Source: Minisyncoccota bacterium
GTDB lineage: Bacteria; Patescibacteriota; Minisyncoccia; 2-02-FULL-40-12; GWA2-44-9
Length of the DNA: 64,000 bases
Direction of reading: 5' to 3'
Assembly (NCBI GenBank): GCA_035549275.1
Contig: DASZRH010000030.1
Location: 1,912 to 65,911 of the forward strand
Shown here: positions 1 through 8,601 of the stretch, one piece after another
Numbering within the stretch: the first letter of the stretch is position 1
Layout: the number at the start of each line of letters is the position of its first letter
Translations under genes and position numbers: made by a program
The notes under the pieces: model-generated
Databases searched by the model: none
What the model was told of the DNA's origin: nothing
What the model saw: only the letters and a program-made list of their open reading frames with translations

Positions 1-2
1 TT

Positions 3-1505
3 ACCGAGGCCCAAAGCGCTGAAATTGACCGCCTCGTCAGGGCGGCGTTCAGCACCGATCCCGACAGCGCCGGCGATCTGCGCCGGCGAATTCGGAATCT
101 GCCCGGCGACTTCGCCGAACGGATATTGATCACGCTGGCCGGTCTGGCGCTTTCAGAAAAAGCGTCTGCAGACCGGGTTATTCGAGCGCTGGAAGCCGGA
201 TTTTCCCGACAAGCGGCGGCGGCCCTAAAGGCCATCCTCTGCATTGCCCGTCTCACCAGTACCCGGCCTCGGTCGTTTCAAATCGAAACGATTGCTGGCT
301 GGTATCGGCATGTGAGCCGAAATCCCATTTCGGCTCGGCGATTGGCGCCGATCGAAGACTATCTGCTTGCCCGCCTTTCCGGCCGATACCGCACAGAAAT
401 CGAACTGGCAATCGTTACGCGGCGGGAACGCCAGGCTAAGGCCGCGCGCCTTACCGCCTTTCGCGCAGCCGCCCAGGATCTCTGGGAAGACTTCATCGAA
501 CAGCGGACGCATGATGCGCTGGCTGGCCGACGCTTCGCTGCCGAGGACGATCTCGCCGATTGCATCCGCCGGCAGGAAGCCGCCTTCGAAACGCTTCGAA
601 ACACTGTCCAGGAACATCTCCCGATGGTCATGAGTGATCAGCCCGCCCCGGGCGATGCCAACGATCATGGGCCGTTCGCCCCCAACATCCATGTCGCCCA
701 GTGGCTCATGGAGAACAACGATCGGATCGATCCGGCCGTCACCGTATTCGTTTCATCGGTTCAGGCCGCCCAAGGGGCGATTCTGGAACACGCGCCGCTC
801 ATCGAAGAGATTCTGGCCCTGGAAAGCCGGATCGAACACCTCTTCCCGCTTCTGAATTGCGAACCGGCGCCAAGCGGCGAAGTTCCGGCCGCGGCAATCG
901 CAAAGCATTCGGAATTGCTGCTGGCCCGGTTATACGAAGACGACAGCGGAAACGGCGGCCTTCAATCGCTGGAACAAGAAGCACTGATGCGGGAAGCAGG
1001 CAGTTTCGACCAGCCCGCAGCAGCTCAAAGCCGCCCTCGATTCAAAAGTCTCCACCAGCATCTTCAGGAATGGGCCGCCGATTGGGTCACCAATCCCTGG
1101 CATGCCGGCGAGATTGTCCGCCAATCGCGGGCGGACTACGTCCGCACGCGATTGGCATTCTTCTGCATGCTCACGGAATTGTATTCCTGTGAGTGGCTCG
1201 ATGCACCTTGGCTGGGCGGATCTGGCCGAACACTCACCGTTCTGACACGGATTCGCACCCAATACCGCATGCTCCGCCAAGCCCGGCACGACCTGACCGA
1301 AGCGGAGCGCATCCTCGAGAGATCCAAACGCCGCAGTATCCGGAAAAACTGGCCCAGCGAACCGTTGTTGTGCCTGCCATCTGATACCAACGACGATCGG
1401 AGCAAAGAGAGCTTCCGAAGGACTTCCCCTCCGCCTCCGTTCCGGATCCCCATCCTGCAGGCGGCCCGGATCACTCTCGGATACAGCCGGCGATCAGCCC
1501 GCTAA
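3..1505 (+). CDS. hypothetical protein, 5' end outside window (ORF open to window edge in frame 3)
   Basis: No stop codon between position 3 and 1505 in this frame; ORF track gives 126..1505 but the upstream codons are open. Arg/Ala-rich, no recognisable catalytic motif. Confidence 0.45.
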   Translation, partial: TEAQSAEIDRLVRAAFSTDPDSAGDLRRRIRNLPGDFAERILITLAGLALSEKASADRVIRALEAGFSRQAAAALKAILCIARLTSTRPRSFQIETIAGWYRHVSRNPISARRLAPIEDYLLARLSGRYRTEIELAIVTRRERQAKAARLTAFRAAAQDLWEDFIEQRTHDALAGRRFAAEDDLADCIRRQEAAFETLRNTVQEHLPMVMSDQPAPGDANDHGPFAPNIHVAQWLMENNDRIDPAVTVFVSSVQAAQGAILEHAPLIEEILALESRIEHLFPLLNCEPAPSGEVPAAAIAKHSELLLARLYEDDSGNGGLQSLEQEALMREAGSFDQPAAAQSRPRFKSLHQHLQEWAADWVTNPWHAGEIVRQSRADYVRTRLAFFCMLTELYSCEWLDAPWLGGSGRTLTVLTRIRTQYRMLRQARHDLTEAERILERSKRRSIRKNWPSEPLLCLPSDTNDDRSKESFRRTSPPPPFRIPILQAARITLGYSRRSAR

Positions 1506-1515
1506 TCTGTCCCCA

Positions 1516-1550
1516 AACCTCTGGCGCGCTACGCGCGCCAGAGGTTTTGT
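1516..1550 (+). terminator. rho-independent terminator hairpin after hypothetical ORF
   Basis: aaacctctggcgcgc-tac-gcgcgccagaggttt perfect 15-bp stem followed by tgttct. Confidence 0.7.
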
Positions 1551-1556
1551 TCTAAA

Positions 1557-1585
1557 TTGCAAAAGCCCCGTTTTTGTAGTATAAT
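1557..1585 (+). promoter_or_regulatory. sigma70-like promoter for ftsH (TTGCAA-17 bp-TATAAT)
   Basis: ttgcaa at 1557-1562, 17-nt spacer, tataat at 1580-1585. The ATG at 1595 is only 9 nt after the -10, which suggests a leaderless or very short-leader mRNA. Confidence 0.55.
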
Positions 1586-1594
1586 TTTCAGTAC

Positions 1595-3409
1595 ATGAAA
1601 CTGTTTTTCCGATATTTCATCATCGTATTTGTAATCCTGCTTGCCGCCAGCGGCTTGGTGGCGCTTTTCAGTTCCCCGAACCACACCGTAACCATCGCGC
1701 CCCTTTCCGATATCGTCGCCCGCATTAATTCCAATGAAGCCAAGTCCCTTCAGGTTCAAGGCGATACCATCGCCCTAACTCTCAAAAACGGCGATGTTCT
1801 TTCGGCTCAAAAAGAAAACTCGATCTCGGCCTTTGAAACCCTCTTGAATCTGGGCGCCAACAAAGACAAATTATCGACCCTTGAAACGGAGATCAAAGAA
1901 CCTTCGGGCCTTGGTTCCTTCCTGGCAAGCCTCCTACCGGTCGTCGTTCCCTTTTTGCTCGTGTGGCTTATGTTCTGGTTCATGTTCCGGCAGGCCCAGC
2001 GCGGCTCCAACCAAACTTTCACCTTCGGCAAGTCGCGTGCGCGCCTGGCCGGCAATGGCAACGGCCGCAAACCGGTACTCTTCAAAGACGTCGCCGGCCT
2101 GATTGAGGCCAAGCAGGAAATTTCAGAAGTGGTTGAATTCCTGCGCTCGCCCCAAAAATTCCAAAAACTCGGCGCGCGCATCCCGCGCGGCATTCTGCTG
2201 GTCGGCTCGCCCGGCACCGGCAAGACGCTCTTGGCCCGGGCTGTCGCCAACGAAGCCAACGTCCCCTTCTACTTCGTTTCCGGCTCTGATTTCGTGGAAA
2301 TGTTCGTCGGCGTCGGTGCCAACCGCGTCCGCGACACGTTCGAGCTGGCCAAGAAAACTTCGCCTTCAATCATCTTTATCGATGAAATCGACGCCGTTGG
2401 CCGCCATCGCGGCGCCGGTCTTGGCGGCGGCCATGACGAACGCGAGCAGACGCTCAACCAAATCCTTGTTGAAATGGACGGCTTCGACACCAATGACTCG
2501 GTCATCGTCATGGCCGCCACCAACCGCCCCGACATTCTTGATCCCGCCTTGCTTCGTCCGGGCCGCTTCGACCGGCGCGTTGTCTTGGACGAGCCTTCGA
2601 TGAAAGACCGCGAAGAGATTCTCAAAATCCACGCCCTGGACAAACCGCTCGCGCCCGAAGCCAACCTCAAACTCATCGCCGAACGCACGCCTGGCTTCAG
2701 CGGCGCCGATTTGGCCAACCTCCTGAACGAAGCGGCAATCCTCGCTGCCCGGGCCAATCGCAGCCAAATTACCCAAGACGATATGTTTCAAGCGATCGAA
2801 AAAGTCATTCTCGGCCCCGAGCGCCGCAGCCATATTTTTTCCAAAAAAGAAAAAGAGATTACCGCCTATCACGAAGCCGGCCACGCCTTGGTAGCCTCGG
2901 CGATTCCCCACTCCGATCCCGTTCACAAAGTTTCCATCGTCTCCCGCGGCCGCGCCGGCGGGTATACGCTCAAACTCCCCACCGAAGACAAACATCTTAA
3001 ATCACGCCCGGAATTTGAAGCCGAATTGGCCGTGCTCTTGGGCGGCTACGCCGCTGAAAAATTAATCTTCAAAGAAACCACGACCGGCGCCTCCAACGAC
3101 TTGAAAGTCGCCTCGGACCTGGCCCGCCGCATGGTCACCCAGTACGGCATGTCTGACGCGCTTGGCCCGATAACCTTCGGCGAGAAAGAAGAACTGGTTT
3201 TCCTCGGCAAAGAAATGTCCCACACCCGCAACTACTCCGAAGCGATTGCCGTGGAAATCGACGCCGAGATCAAGAAGCTTATCATTAAAGGCCTGAATGT
3301 CGCCAAAAAAGTCATCACCGACCGCATGGACAAGCTTGAAAAGATCGCCAAAGAATTGATATCCAAAGAAACGCTGGAACAGCAAGAGTTCTACGCTCTT
3401 CTGCATTAA
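1595..3409 (+). CDS. ftsH: ATP-dependent zinc metalloprotease FtsH
   Basis: N-terminal TM segment; AAA+ Walker [14 protein letters not shown], Walker B IIFIDEID; zinc-binding HEAGHAL (HEXXH); 604 aa. Confidence 0.95.
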   Translation: MKLFFRYFIIVFVILLAASGLVALFSSPNHTVTIAPLSDIVARINSNEAKSLQVQGDTIALTLKNGDVLSAQKENSISAFETLLNLGANKDKLSTLETEIKEPSGLGSFLASLLPVVVPFLLVWLMFWFMFRQAQRGSNQTFTFGKSRARLAGNGNGRKPVLFKDVAGLIEAKQEISEVVEFLRSPQKFQKLGARIPRGILLVGSPGTGKTLLARAVANEANVPFYFVSGSDFVEMFVGVGANRVRDTFELAKKTSPSIIFIDEIDAVGRHRGAGLGGGHDEREQTLNQILVEMDGFDTNDSVIVMAATNRPDILDPALLRPGRFDRRVVLDEPSMKDREEILKIHALDKPLAPEANLKLIAERTPGFSGADLANLLNEAAILAARANRSQITQDDMFQAIEKVILGPERRSHIFSKKEKEITAYHEAGHALVASAIPHSDPVHKVSIVSRGRAGGYTLKLPTEDKHLKSRPEFEAELAVLLGGYAAEKLIFKETTTGASNDLKVASDLARRMVTQYGMSDALGPITFGEKEELVFLGKEMSHTRNYSEAIAVEIDAEIKKLIIKGLNVAKKVITDRMDKLEKIAKELISKETLEQQEFYALLH

Positions 3410-3422
3410 CGCAGAATCGAGC

Positions 3423-3494
3423 GGGCCTGTAGCTCAGTGGTAGAGCACGTCACTTATAATGACGTTGTCGATGGTTCGATCCCATCCAGGCCCA
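3423..3494 (+). tRNA. tRNA-Ile (anticodon UAU)
   Basis: Cloverleaf by hand: acceptor gggcctg/caggccc, D-stem gctc/gagc, anticodon stem cgtca/tgacg with loop cttataa (TAT), T-arm gatgg-ttcgatc-ccatc. Confidence 0.75.
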
Positions 3495-3499
3495 CCCGC

Positions 3500-3574
<75 letters not shown>

Positions 3575-3575
<1 letters not shown>

Positions 3576-4288
3576 TGGAAGTTTCGATAGTATACGAAGA
3601 CTCAAACCTCATTGTGCTCAACAAGCCGGCCGGTCTGATTGTTCACCCTAAAAACGCATCTGATACCCAGCCGAGCCTGGTTGATTGGCTGACGGCTCGC
3701 TATCCCGGAATCGGCGGGGTTGGTGAACCGTTTGATGCCTCCGGCACCCCGCTGCCGCGCGCCGGCATCGTTCATCGCCTCGACAAAGATACGTCAGGAC
3801 TGCTTCTGGTCGCTAAAAACAACGACACATTCTATTATCTCAAGTCTCTGTTCCAAACCCGCAAAATCCAAAAACATTATCTGGCTCTGTGCTATGGTTT
3901 CCCGGCCGAACCTGCCGGCGTTATCAATGCCCCGCTCGGCCGCGTTGGCCTGAAACGAACAACCCGCATGGGCGGCGAAAAATTAAAGGATACAAAGGAC
4001 GCCATAACCGAATATGCCGTCGTAAAGCGCTTTGAAAAATTCACTCTCTTCGATGTCATGCCCAAAACGGGCCGCACCCACCAAATCCGGGTGCACCTGA
4101 AATCGATTCATTGCCCCATCGCCGGCGATCCTGTCTATGCTCCCAAGGGCTGGCAGCCGCCCCAGGGCCTGACTCGGCTCTTTCTCCATGCTTACAAACT
4201 TTCATTTGTAACTCCCGACGGAAAATCACTGACGGTTGAGGCCGAACTGCCCGAAGATTTACAAAAAGTTCTTTCTATGCTACAATAG
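3575..4288 (+). CDS. RluA-family pseudouridine synthase
   Basis: HRLDKDTSGLLLVAKN catalytic-Asp motif typical of the RluA/RsuA family; 237 aa. The ORF track start at 3437 lies inside tRNA genes, so the start was moved to the ATG at 3575, which overlaps the CCA of tRNA-Val. Confidence 0.8.
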
Positions 4289-4296
4289 CATCTACC

Positions 4297-4701
4297 ATGA
4301 ATCCTATCGCATTATTCCACTCAAAACTGGAATCCAAAGACAAATTTGAAGGCGTCCGCCCCGGCTGGACTGTCCGTATCAGCCAGCGCATCAAAGACGG
4401 CGAAAAAACCCGCGTCCAGGCCTTTGAAGGCACCGTTATCGCCCGCAAACACGGCACGACTCCCAGTGGCACGATTACCATCCGCAAAGTGACCGACGGC
4501 ATCGGCGTCGAAAAAGTCTTCCCGATCCATCTCCCCTCCATCGAAAGCGTCAAGGTTCTCAAAAAGACCACGGCCCGCCGCGCGAAGCTCTATTACCTTC
4601 GCGACAAGACGGCCAAAGAGATTCGCAAGAAGGTTAAGGCCGAGCGCGCCCAGACTAAAGCATCAGCCGAGGCCGCCGAGACTCCGGTTGCTTCTCAATA
4701 G
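4297..4701 (+). CDS. rplS: 50S ribosomal protein L19
   Basis: Conserved L19 core: ITIRKVTDGIGVEKVFPIHLPSIESVKVL...RRAKLYYLR; 134 aa with K/A-rich C-terminal extension. Confidence 0.9.
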   Translation: MNPIALFHSKLESKDKFEGVRPGWTVRISQRIKDGEKTRVQAFEGTVIARKHGTTPSGTITIRKVTDGIGVEKVFPIHLPSIESVKVLKKTTARRAKLYYLRDKTAKEIRKKVKAERAQTKASAEAAETPVASQ

Positions 4702-4734
4702 CGGCTCTTTCTGGTAGAATACCCTTCGTATTCT

Positions 4735-4819
4735 GCGGACGTGGTGGAACTTGGCAGACACACTACCTTGAGGTGGTAGCGCCCGTCAGGGCATGGAGGT
4801 TCGAATCCTCTCGTCCGCA
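4735..4819 (+). tRNA. tRNA-Leu (anticodon GAG), class II long variable arm
   Basis: Acceptor gcggacg/cgtccgc; anticodon stem ctacc/ggtag with loop ttgaggt; long variable arm; T-loop ggaggttcgaatcctc. Confidence 0.85.
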
Positions 4820-4823
4820 CATT

Positions 4824-4899
4824 GGGCGGTTAGCTCAGTTGGTAGAGCATCTCATTGACGTTGAGAGGGTCAGAGGTTCAAGTCCTCTACCGCCCACCA
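4824..4899 (+). tRNA. tRNA-Val (anticodon GAC), CCA encoded
   Basis: Acceptor gggcggt/accgccc; anticodon stem tctca/tgaga with loop ttgacgt; T-loop agaggttcaagtcctct. Confidence 0.85.
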
Positions 4900-4900
4900 A

Positions 4901-4930
4901 ACTAAAAACTCCCGTTCGGGAGTTTTTAGT
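4901..4930. terminator. bidirectional terminator hairpin between convergent tRNA genes
   Basis: aaaaactccc-gttc-gggagttttt; A-tract and T-tract on both sides. Confidence 0.6.
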
Positions 4931-4999
4931 TTGGTGGTGCCGCGGGAGGGAATTGAACCCCCGACGCCAGCCTCTTCAGGGCTGCGCTCTACCACTGAG
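4925..4999 (-). tRNA. tRNA-Phe (anticodon GAA), CCA encoded
   Basis: The reverse complement gives gccgcgg-ta-gctcagtggtagagc-gcagc-cctgaaga-ggctg-gcgtc-gggggttcaattccctc-ccgcggc-a-cca. Confidence 0.85.
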
Positions 5000-5160
5000 C
5001 TACCGCGGCATAACCATACAGATAGTACCATAAATCCATTGATTTATTCAACCCTTATCCCCGGTTTTCTTTACATATCAACTTATCCTCTTTAAAAATC
5101 GTACCCCTATGTTATTATAAATCTATAATTATTAGATTAGTACAATTATTCATCAACAAT

Positions 5161-5820
5161 ATGCGAAAAGACAAGATAAAAGCGTATGAACTGCGACGAG
5201 AACGGAAAAGCTATTCCGAGATCAGCCGGCTTCTTAAAATATCCAAATCAACATTGACGAGTTGGTTCAAAAACGAAGACTGGTCCCGGCAAATCCGAGA
5301 TGAATTGGGAGCCCTTCAGTCTCTTTCTTATCCCAAAAAATTGGCGGCCATTCAAAAGGCCAACAAGGAACGGTGGTCTCGAGCTCGCCAATCCTATCGA
5401 AATTCTGCGGAAGAAGAGTTCCCCAAGCTGAAAAACAATCCTCTTTTTATTTCTGGATTAATGCTTTATTGGGGCGAGGGAGACAAAAGCCAAAAAAACA
5501 GTCAGCTGCGCATTGCCAATAGCGATCCGATGATGATTCGAGTGTTCAATAATTTCCTGAAGAAGATATTAAAGGTGTCGCCCCATAAAATTGGTATGAG
5601 GCTGCTTCTCTATCCGGACCTAAAAGATGAAGTGCAAAAAAACTTTTGGAGCAAAGCCGCCGGGATCCCATTGAATCAGTTCAAAAAATCAGTTGTCATT
5701 AAAGACAAACACCCGACTCGGCGGCTTTCCTATGGCATTGGGAACTTATATGTGTGTAGCAGAGAACAGAAAGAAAAAGTATTGACGTGGATTAACCTGT
5801 ATCAAGAACTTCTTGCTTAG
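5161..5820 (+). CDS. hypothetical HTH-domain protein; possible homing-endonuclease-like or mobile-element DNA-binding protein
   Basis: N-terminal helix-turn-helix-like segment SYSEISRLLKISKSTLTSWF. A central GLMLYWGEGDK segment weakly resembles a degenerate LAGLIDADG motif. GC content is lower than the flanks. It lies between tRNA-Phe and tRNA-Gly and is preceded by a 130-bp AT-rich tract. Confidence 0.5.
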   Translation: MRKDKIKAYELRRERKSYSEISRLLKISKSTLTSWFKNEDWSRQIRDELGALQSLSYPKKLAAIQKANKERWSRARQSYRNSAEEEFPKLKNNPLFISGLMLYWGEGDKSQKNSQLRIANSDPMMIRVFNNFLKKILKVSPHKIGMRLLLYPDLKDEVQKNFWSKAAGIPLNQFKKSVVIKDKHPTRRLSYGIGNLYVCSREQKEKVLTWINLYQELLA

Positions 5821-5856
5821 AGAGCGATTTTGATGTAAAATACCGAGTATAGTTTT

Positions 5857-5927
5857 GCGGGTACAGTATATCGGTTGTACATCACCTTGCCAAGGTGAAG
5901 GGACGGGTTCGATTCCCGTTACCCGCT
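5857..5927 (+). tRNA. tRNA-Gly (anticodon GCC)
   Basis: Acceptor gcgggta/tacccgc; anticodon stem tcacc/ggtga with loop ttgccaa; T-arm acggg-ttcgatt-cccgt. Position 8 is C rather than U. No CCA encoded. Confidence 0.75.
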
Positions 5928-5930
5928 CAG

Positions 5931-6404
5931 ATGTTTGGCATATTCTCAAAAATCACTCGCCGCGCGGCATTAAGCGAGCGGATCGTTAACAGCGAGGCCG
6001 GCGTGTATCTGTATATCCTTTTCCCGATGACGGTTGCCTTTCTGCTCACCTTTATCGGCGCCCGGACCATTAGCCACTTAAGCCCCGATTTCTTCCTCAA
6101 GATTGTGCCTGGGCTGCATGTCCACCATTTTGCCTATGGCATTATCGTGCTCTCGGTCTCCGGCTATTTAGCTCTGGTCAACAACGGCCCCGCGGCAACA
6201 TATTGGATTGCCCTTCTCCACGGCTTTGGGCTTGGCCTCGCCTTTGACGAATTTGGCATCTGGCTTAAATTAACCGATGACAGCGCAGCCCGGTGGACAT
6301 ACGACGGCGTCGCCATTCTGGCCGGCCTGTTTCTGATGCTCATTTCGGCCCGGACCGGGTACCTGGCCTTATCTCGATTATTCTCCAAAAAGAGCTCAAT
6401 TTGA
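5931..6404 (+). CDS. hypothetical integral membrane protein
   Basis: Four predicted hydrophobic helices. The ORF track start at 5895 lies inside tRNA-Gly, so the first ATG after the tRNA (5931) was used. Confidence 0.5.
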   Translation: MFGIFSKITRRAALSERIVNSEAGVYLYILFPMTVAFLLTFIGARTISHLSPDFFLKIVPGLHVHHFAYGIIVLSVSGYLALVNNGPAATYWIALLHGFGLGLAFDEFGIWLKLTDDSAARWTYDGVAILAGLFLMLISARTGYLALSRLFSKKSSI

Positions 6405-6452
6405 CCCTTCAGAAACCCCGAAAAGGGCCCCTTTTGAGGGAGTTTTAGGGTA

Positions 6453-6481
6453 TTGACTTTTTAGCCTATATTTGCTATAAT
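6453..6481 (+). promoter_or_regulatory. consensus sigma70 promoter (TTGACT-17 bp-TATAAT)
   Basis: ttgact at 6453-6458, 17-nt spacer, tataat at 6476-6481, upstream of the 3D-domain gene. Confidence 0.6.
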
Positions 6482-6591
6482 GTAGCTACAACCTAAAGAA
6501 GTGCCGTAGGGGTAGAAGTGGCTTAGTAGGCCATTTTTTGTTTGCAAAAAATCGCCTAAAAAACCCTTCCCTCCCTGCACTCCCTTGGGCC

Positions 6592-7149
6592 ATGAATATG
6601 ATTAAAAAAGCTGGTATCGTTCTTTTCACCGTTGTGACCCTTGCTGGTGCTACTCCTTCCGCTGACGCCTCCCTGTTTGACTGGATCAGCAACCTGAAGG
6701 GTTCAAGCGCCAAGACAACTGACGCCACCGCGGCCTGGTCATTCGATACCCTGTATCAGAATATTCAGGGCATCTCCCTTGATCAGACTACGACCGATAT
6801 CAGTGCTGTGGCGGCTACGGCAGTGAACAGCGACAGTAAGAGCTCCTCAAAAACTCAATCTCGAACGATGGTCGTCGAGGCCACCGGTTACTCTTCAACT
6901 CCGGACCAAACCGACGCCAGCCCGTTCATCACCGCCAAAGGTACGTATGTCCGCGACGGTATCATCGCTGCGAACTTCTTGCCGTTCGGTACGGTGGTGA
7001 AGATTCCGGATGTATTCGGCGACAAGATTTTCGTCGTCGAAGACCGCATGAACAAGCGCTATACAAACCGTATTGACGTTTGGTTCTCGGATACTCCGTC
7101 GGCTTTGAAGTTCGGCCTGAAGACCGTGAAGATCGAGATTCTCTCGTAA
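6592..7149 (+). CDS. secreted 3D-domain (MltA/YabE-type) cell-wall-binding or lytic protein
   Basis: Signal peptide MNMIKKAGIVLFTVVTLAGATPSADA. The C-terminal region (VVEATGYS...FITAKGTYVRDGIIAANFLPFGTVVKIPDVFGDKIFVVEDRMNKRYTNRIDVWF) matches the 3D (Asp-Asp-Asp) domain pattern. The ATG at 6592 is preferred over the track start at 6538. Confidence 0.7.
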   Translation: MNMIKKAGIVLFTVVTLAGATPSADASLFDWISNLKGSSAKTTDATAAWSFDTLYQNIQGISLDQTTTDISAVAATAVNSDSKSSSKTQSRTMVVEATGYSSTPDQTDASPFITAKGTYVRDGIIAANFLPFGTVVKIPDVFGDKIFVVEDRMNKRYTNRIDVWFSDTPSALKFGLKTVKIEILS

Positions 7150-7150
7150 G

Positions 7151-7184
7151 ATCCAAAACCCGCGCTTCGCGCGGGTTTTGGATT
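7151..7184 (+). terminator. rho-independent terminator
   Basis: atccaaaacccgcgc-ttcg-cgcgggttttggat; perfect 15-bp stem with T-run. Confidence 0.75.
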
Positions 7185-7236
7185 GCGCAAATCCGGATTT
7201 GGTGGTAAAATATATCTTGTTTTCGGTGAAGCTCCT

Positions 7237-7308
7237 GCACTCGTAGCTTAACGGATAAAGCAGCAGCCTTCGAAGCTGTTGATAGGGGTTCGATTCCCTT
7301 CGAGTGCA
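7237..7308 (+). tRNA. tRNA-Arg (anticodon UCG)
   Basis: Acceptor gcactcg/cgagtgc; D-stem gctt/aagc; anticodon loop cttcgaa; T-loop aggggttcgattccctt. Confidence 0.8.
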
Positions 7309-7321
7309 CACAACTCCACAC

Positions 7322-7394
7322 GCGCCCGTAGCTCAGTTGGTAGAGCAATTGCCTCTTAAGCAAATGGTCGTAGGTTCGAATCCTACCGGGCGCA
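7322..7394 (+). tRNA. tRNA-Lys (anticodon CUU)
   Basis: Acceptor gcgcccg/cgggcgc; anticodon loop ctcttaa; T-arm gtagg-ttcgaat-cctac. Confidence 0.8.
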
Positions 7395-7398
7395 CAGC

Positions 7399-8550
7399 TT
7401 ATACATTTCGATATCTTTTTCGGAGATCAGCAACTACTCTCGCCAAAGTTTTCACCGTATATTCAATATCTGATTTCGTAGTCTGGCGGCCGAGCGAAAA
7501 GCGAAGGCCGCCAGACAGGTACGCGGGCGCCAGGCCGATCGCTTTCAAAACGTGCGACGGCTCAACTTCGTGGCTGGTACAGGCCGAGCCGCTGCCGGCA
7601 TAGATCCCGTACTTGTCGAGCTCCACCAGCACGATTTCGCTCTCCATGTTTGGAATGGATACATGAATGTTGTTTGGAAGGCGCACATCCCCTTCCGGTC
7701 CGCTGATGACGGCTTCGGGGAGTTCTTTTTTGATTAACTCGATCATCCAATCACGAAGCTTTGCCACCTTTTGATTTTCAGACGGTTTGATGAGGCTAAC
7801 CGCTTTGGCCAATCCTGCGATGGCGGGCAGATTTTCGGTACCGGCTCGAAGACCGTATTCCTGGCTGCCGCCCAACACGATGCCGCTCACCGAGGTGCCG
7901 CGGCGGACGAATGTAACGCCGATCCCGCGCGGCCCGTATATCTTGGAGCCATTGAAGGTCAGGAGGTCAACTCCCAACCGCTGTACATCCATATCGAGCG
8001 CTCCAGCGGCCTGACACGCATCGGTGTGAAATACTACTCTGCGACCCGTTCGCTTGGCATATTCTCGGATAACTTTGCCGATTTTGGCGATGGGCTGGAT
8101 AGTCCCGATTTCATTGTTGGCATACATGATTGAAATCAGATCGGGTTTTTCTTTTTCAAGAAGCTTTTGAATATCTGCGGTCCGCACGTGGCCGAAACGG
8201 TCTACGGGAATGTATACAAGCCGAGCCGGCGTACAGGCCAATGCTTGGAGCACCGAGGGATGTTCAATCGGAGTCGTTAATACGACAGGATTTTTCAAGC
8301 GCGAGAGCGCTCCCCGGAGAGCAAGATTGTTAGCTTCCGATCCGGAAGCGGTAAAGACAATTTCCGTTGATCGCGCGTTTAAAAAACGCGCGATCAACGT
8401 TCGAGCCGCTTCCACTGCCGCACGCGCCATCCGGCCTGCGTTATTGAAGGCTGACGGGTTGCCGGCCAAACGCGCAGCGGCATTCATCGCCGAAACCACC
8501 CGCGGATCCGTAGGCGTTGCGGCGGCATTGTCGAGATAGATATTTTTCAT
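7399..8550 (-). CDS. class I cysteine desulfurase (IscS/NifS-like), PLP-dependent
   Basis: Aminotransferase class V signatures: TASGSEANNLALRG, HTDACQAAG, FNGSKIYGPRGIGV (PLP-Lys region), catalytic Cys loop SGSACTS. Start set at MKNIYLDNAAATP, i.e. the 'cat' at 8548-8550; the track ORF extends to 8580. Confidence 0.85.
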   Translation of the reverse strand: MKNIYLDNAAATPTDPRVVSAMNAAARLAGNPSAFNNAGRMARAAVEAARTLIARFLNARSTEIVFTASGSEANNLALRGALSRLKNPVVLTTPIEHPSVLQALACTPARLVYIPVDRFGHVRTADIQKLLEKEKPDLISIMYANNEIGTIQPIAKIGKVIREYAKRTGRRVVFHTDACQAAGALDMDVQRLGVDLLTFNGSKIYGPRGIGVTFVRRGTSVSGIVLGGSQEYGLRAGTENLPAIAGLAKAVSLIKPSENQKVAKLRDWMIELIKKELPEAVISGPEGDVRLPNNIHVSIPNMESEIVLVELDKYGIYAGSGSACTSHEVEPSHVLKAIGLAPAYLSGGLRFSLGRQTTKSDIEYTVKTLARVVADLRKRYRNV

Positions 8551-8601
8551 ACGAAAAATGGCCTTGGAAGGCCGTGTCAATACTATACCACGTTTCTATA
8601 A

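Noticed and set aside
2366-2995. 209-aa minus-strand ORF and several other 60-160-aa ORFs inside 1595-3409
   Set aside because: All are antisense to or frame-shifted within the unambiguous ftsH CDS; high GC creates long spurious open frames.
4773-5033. 86-aa plus-strand ORF from the six-frame track
   Set aside because: It spans tRNA-Leu, tRNA-Val, the terminator hairpin and the antisense of tRNA-Phe, so it is an artefact of translating through structured RNA genes.
6486-6728. 80-aa minus-strand ORF
   Set aside because: It is antisense to the promoter-proximal part and 5' region of the 3D-domain protein gene, and has no RBS.
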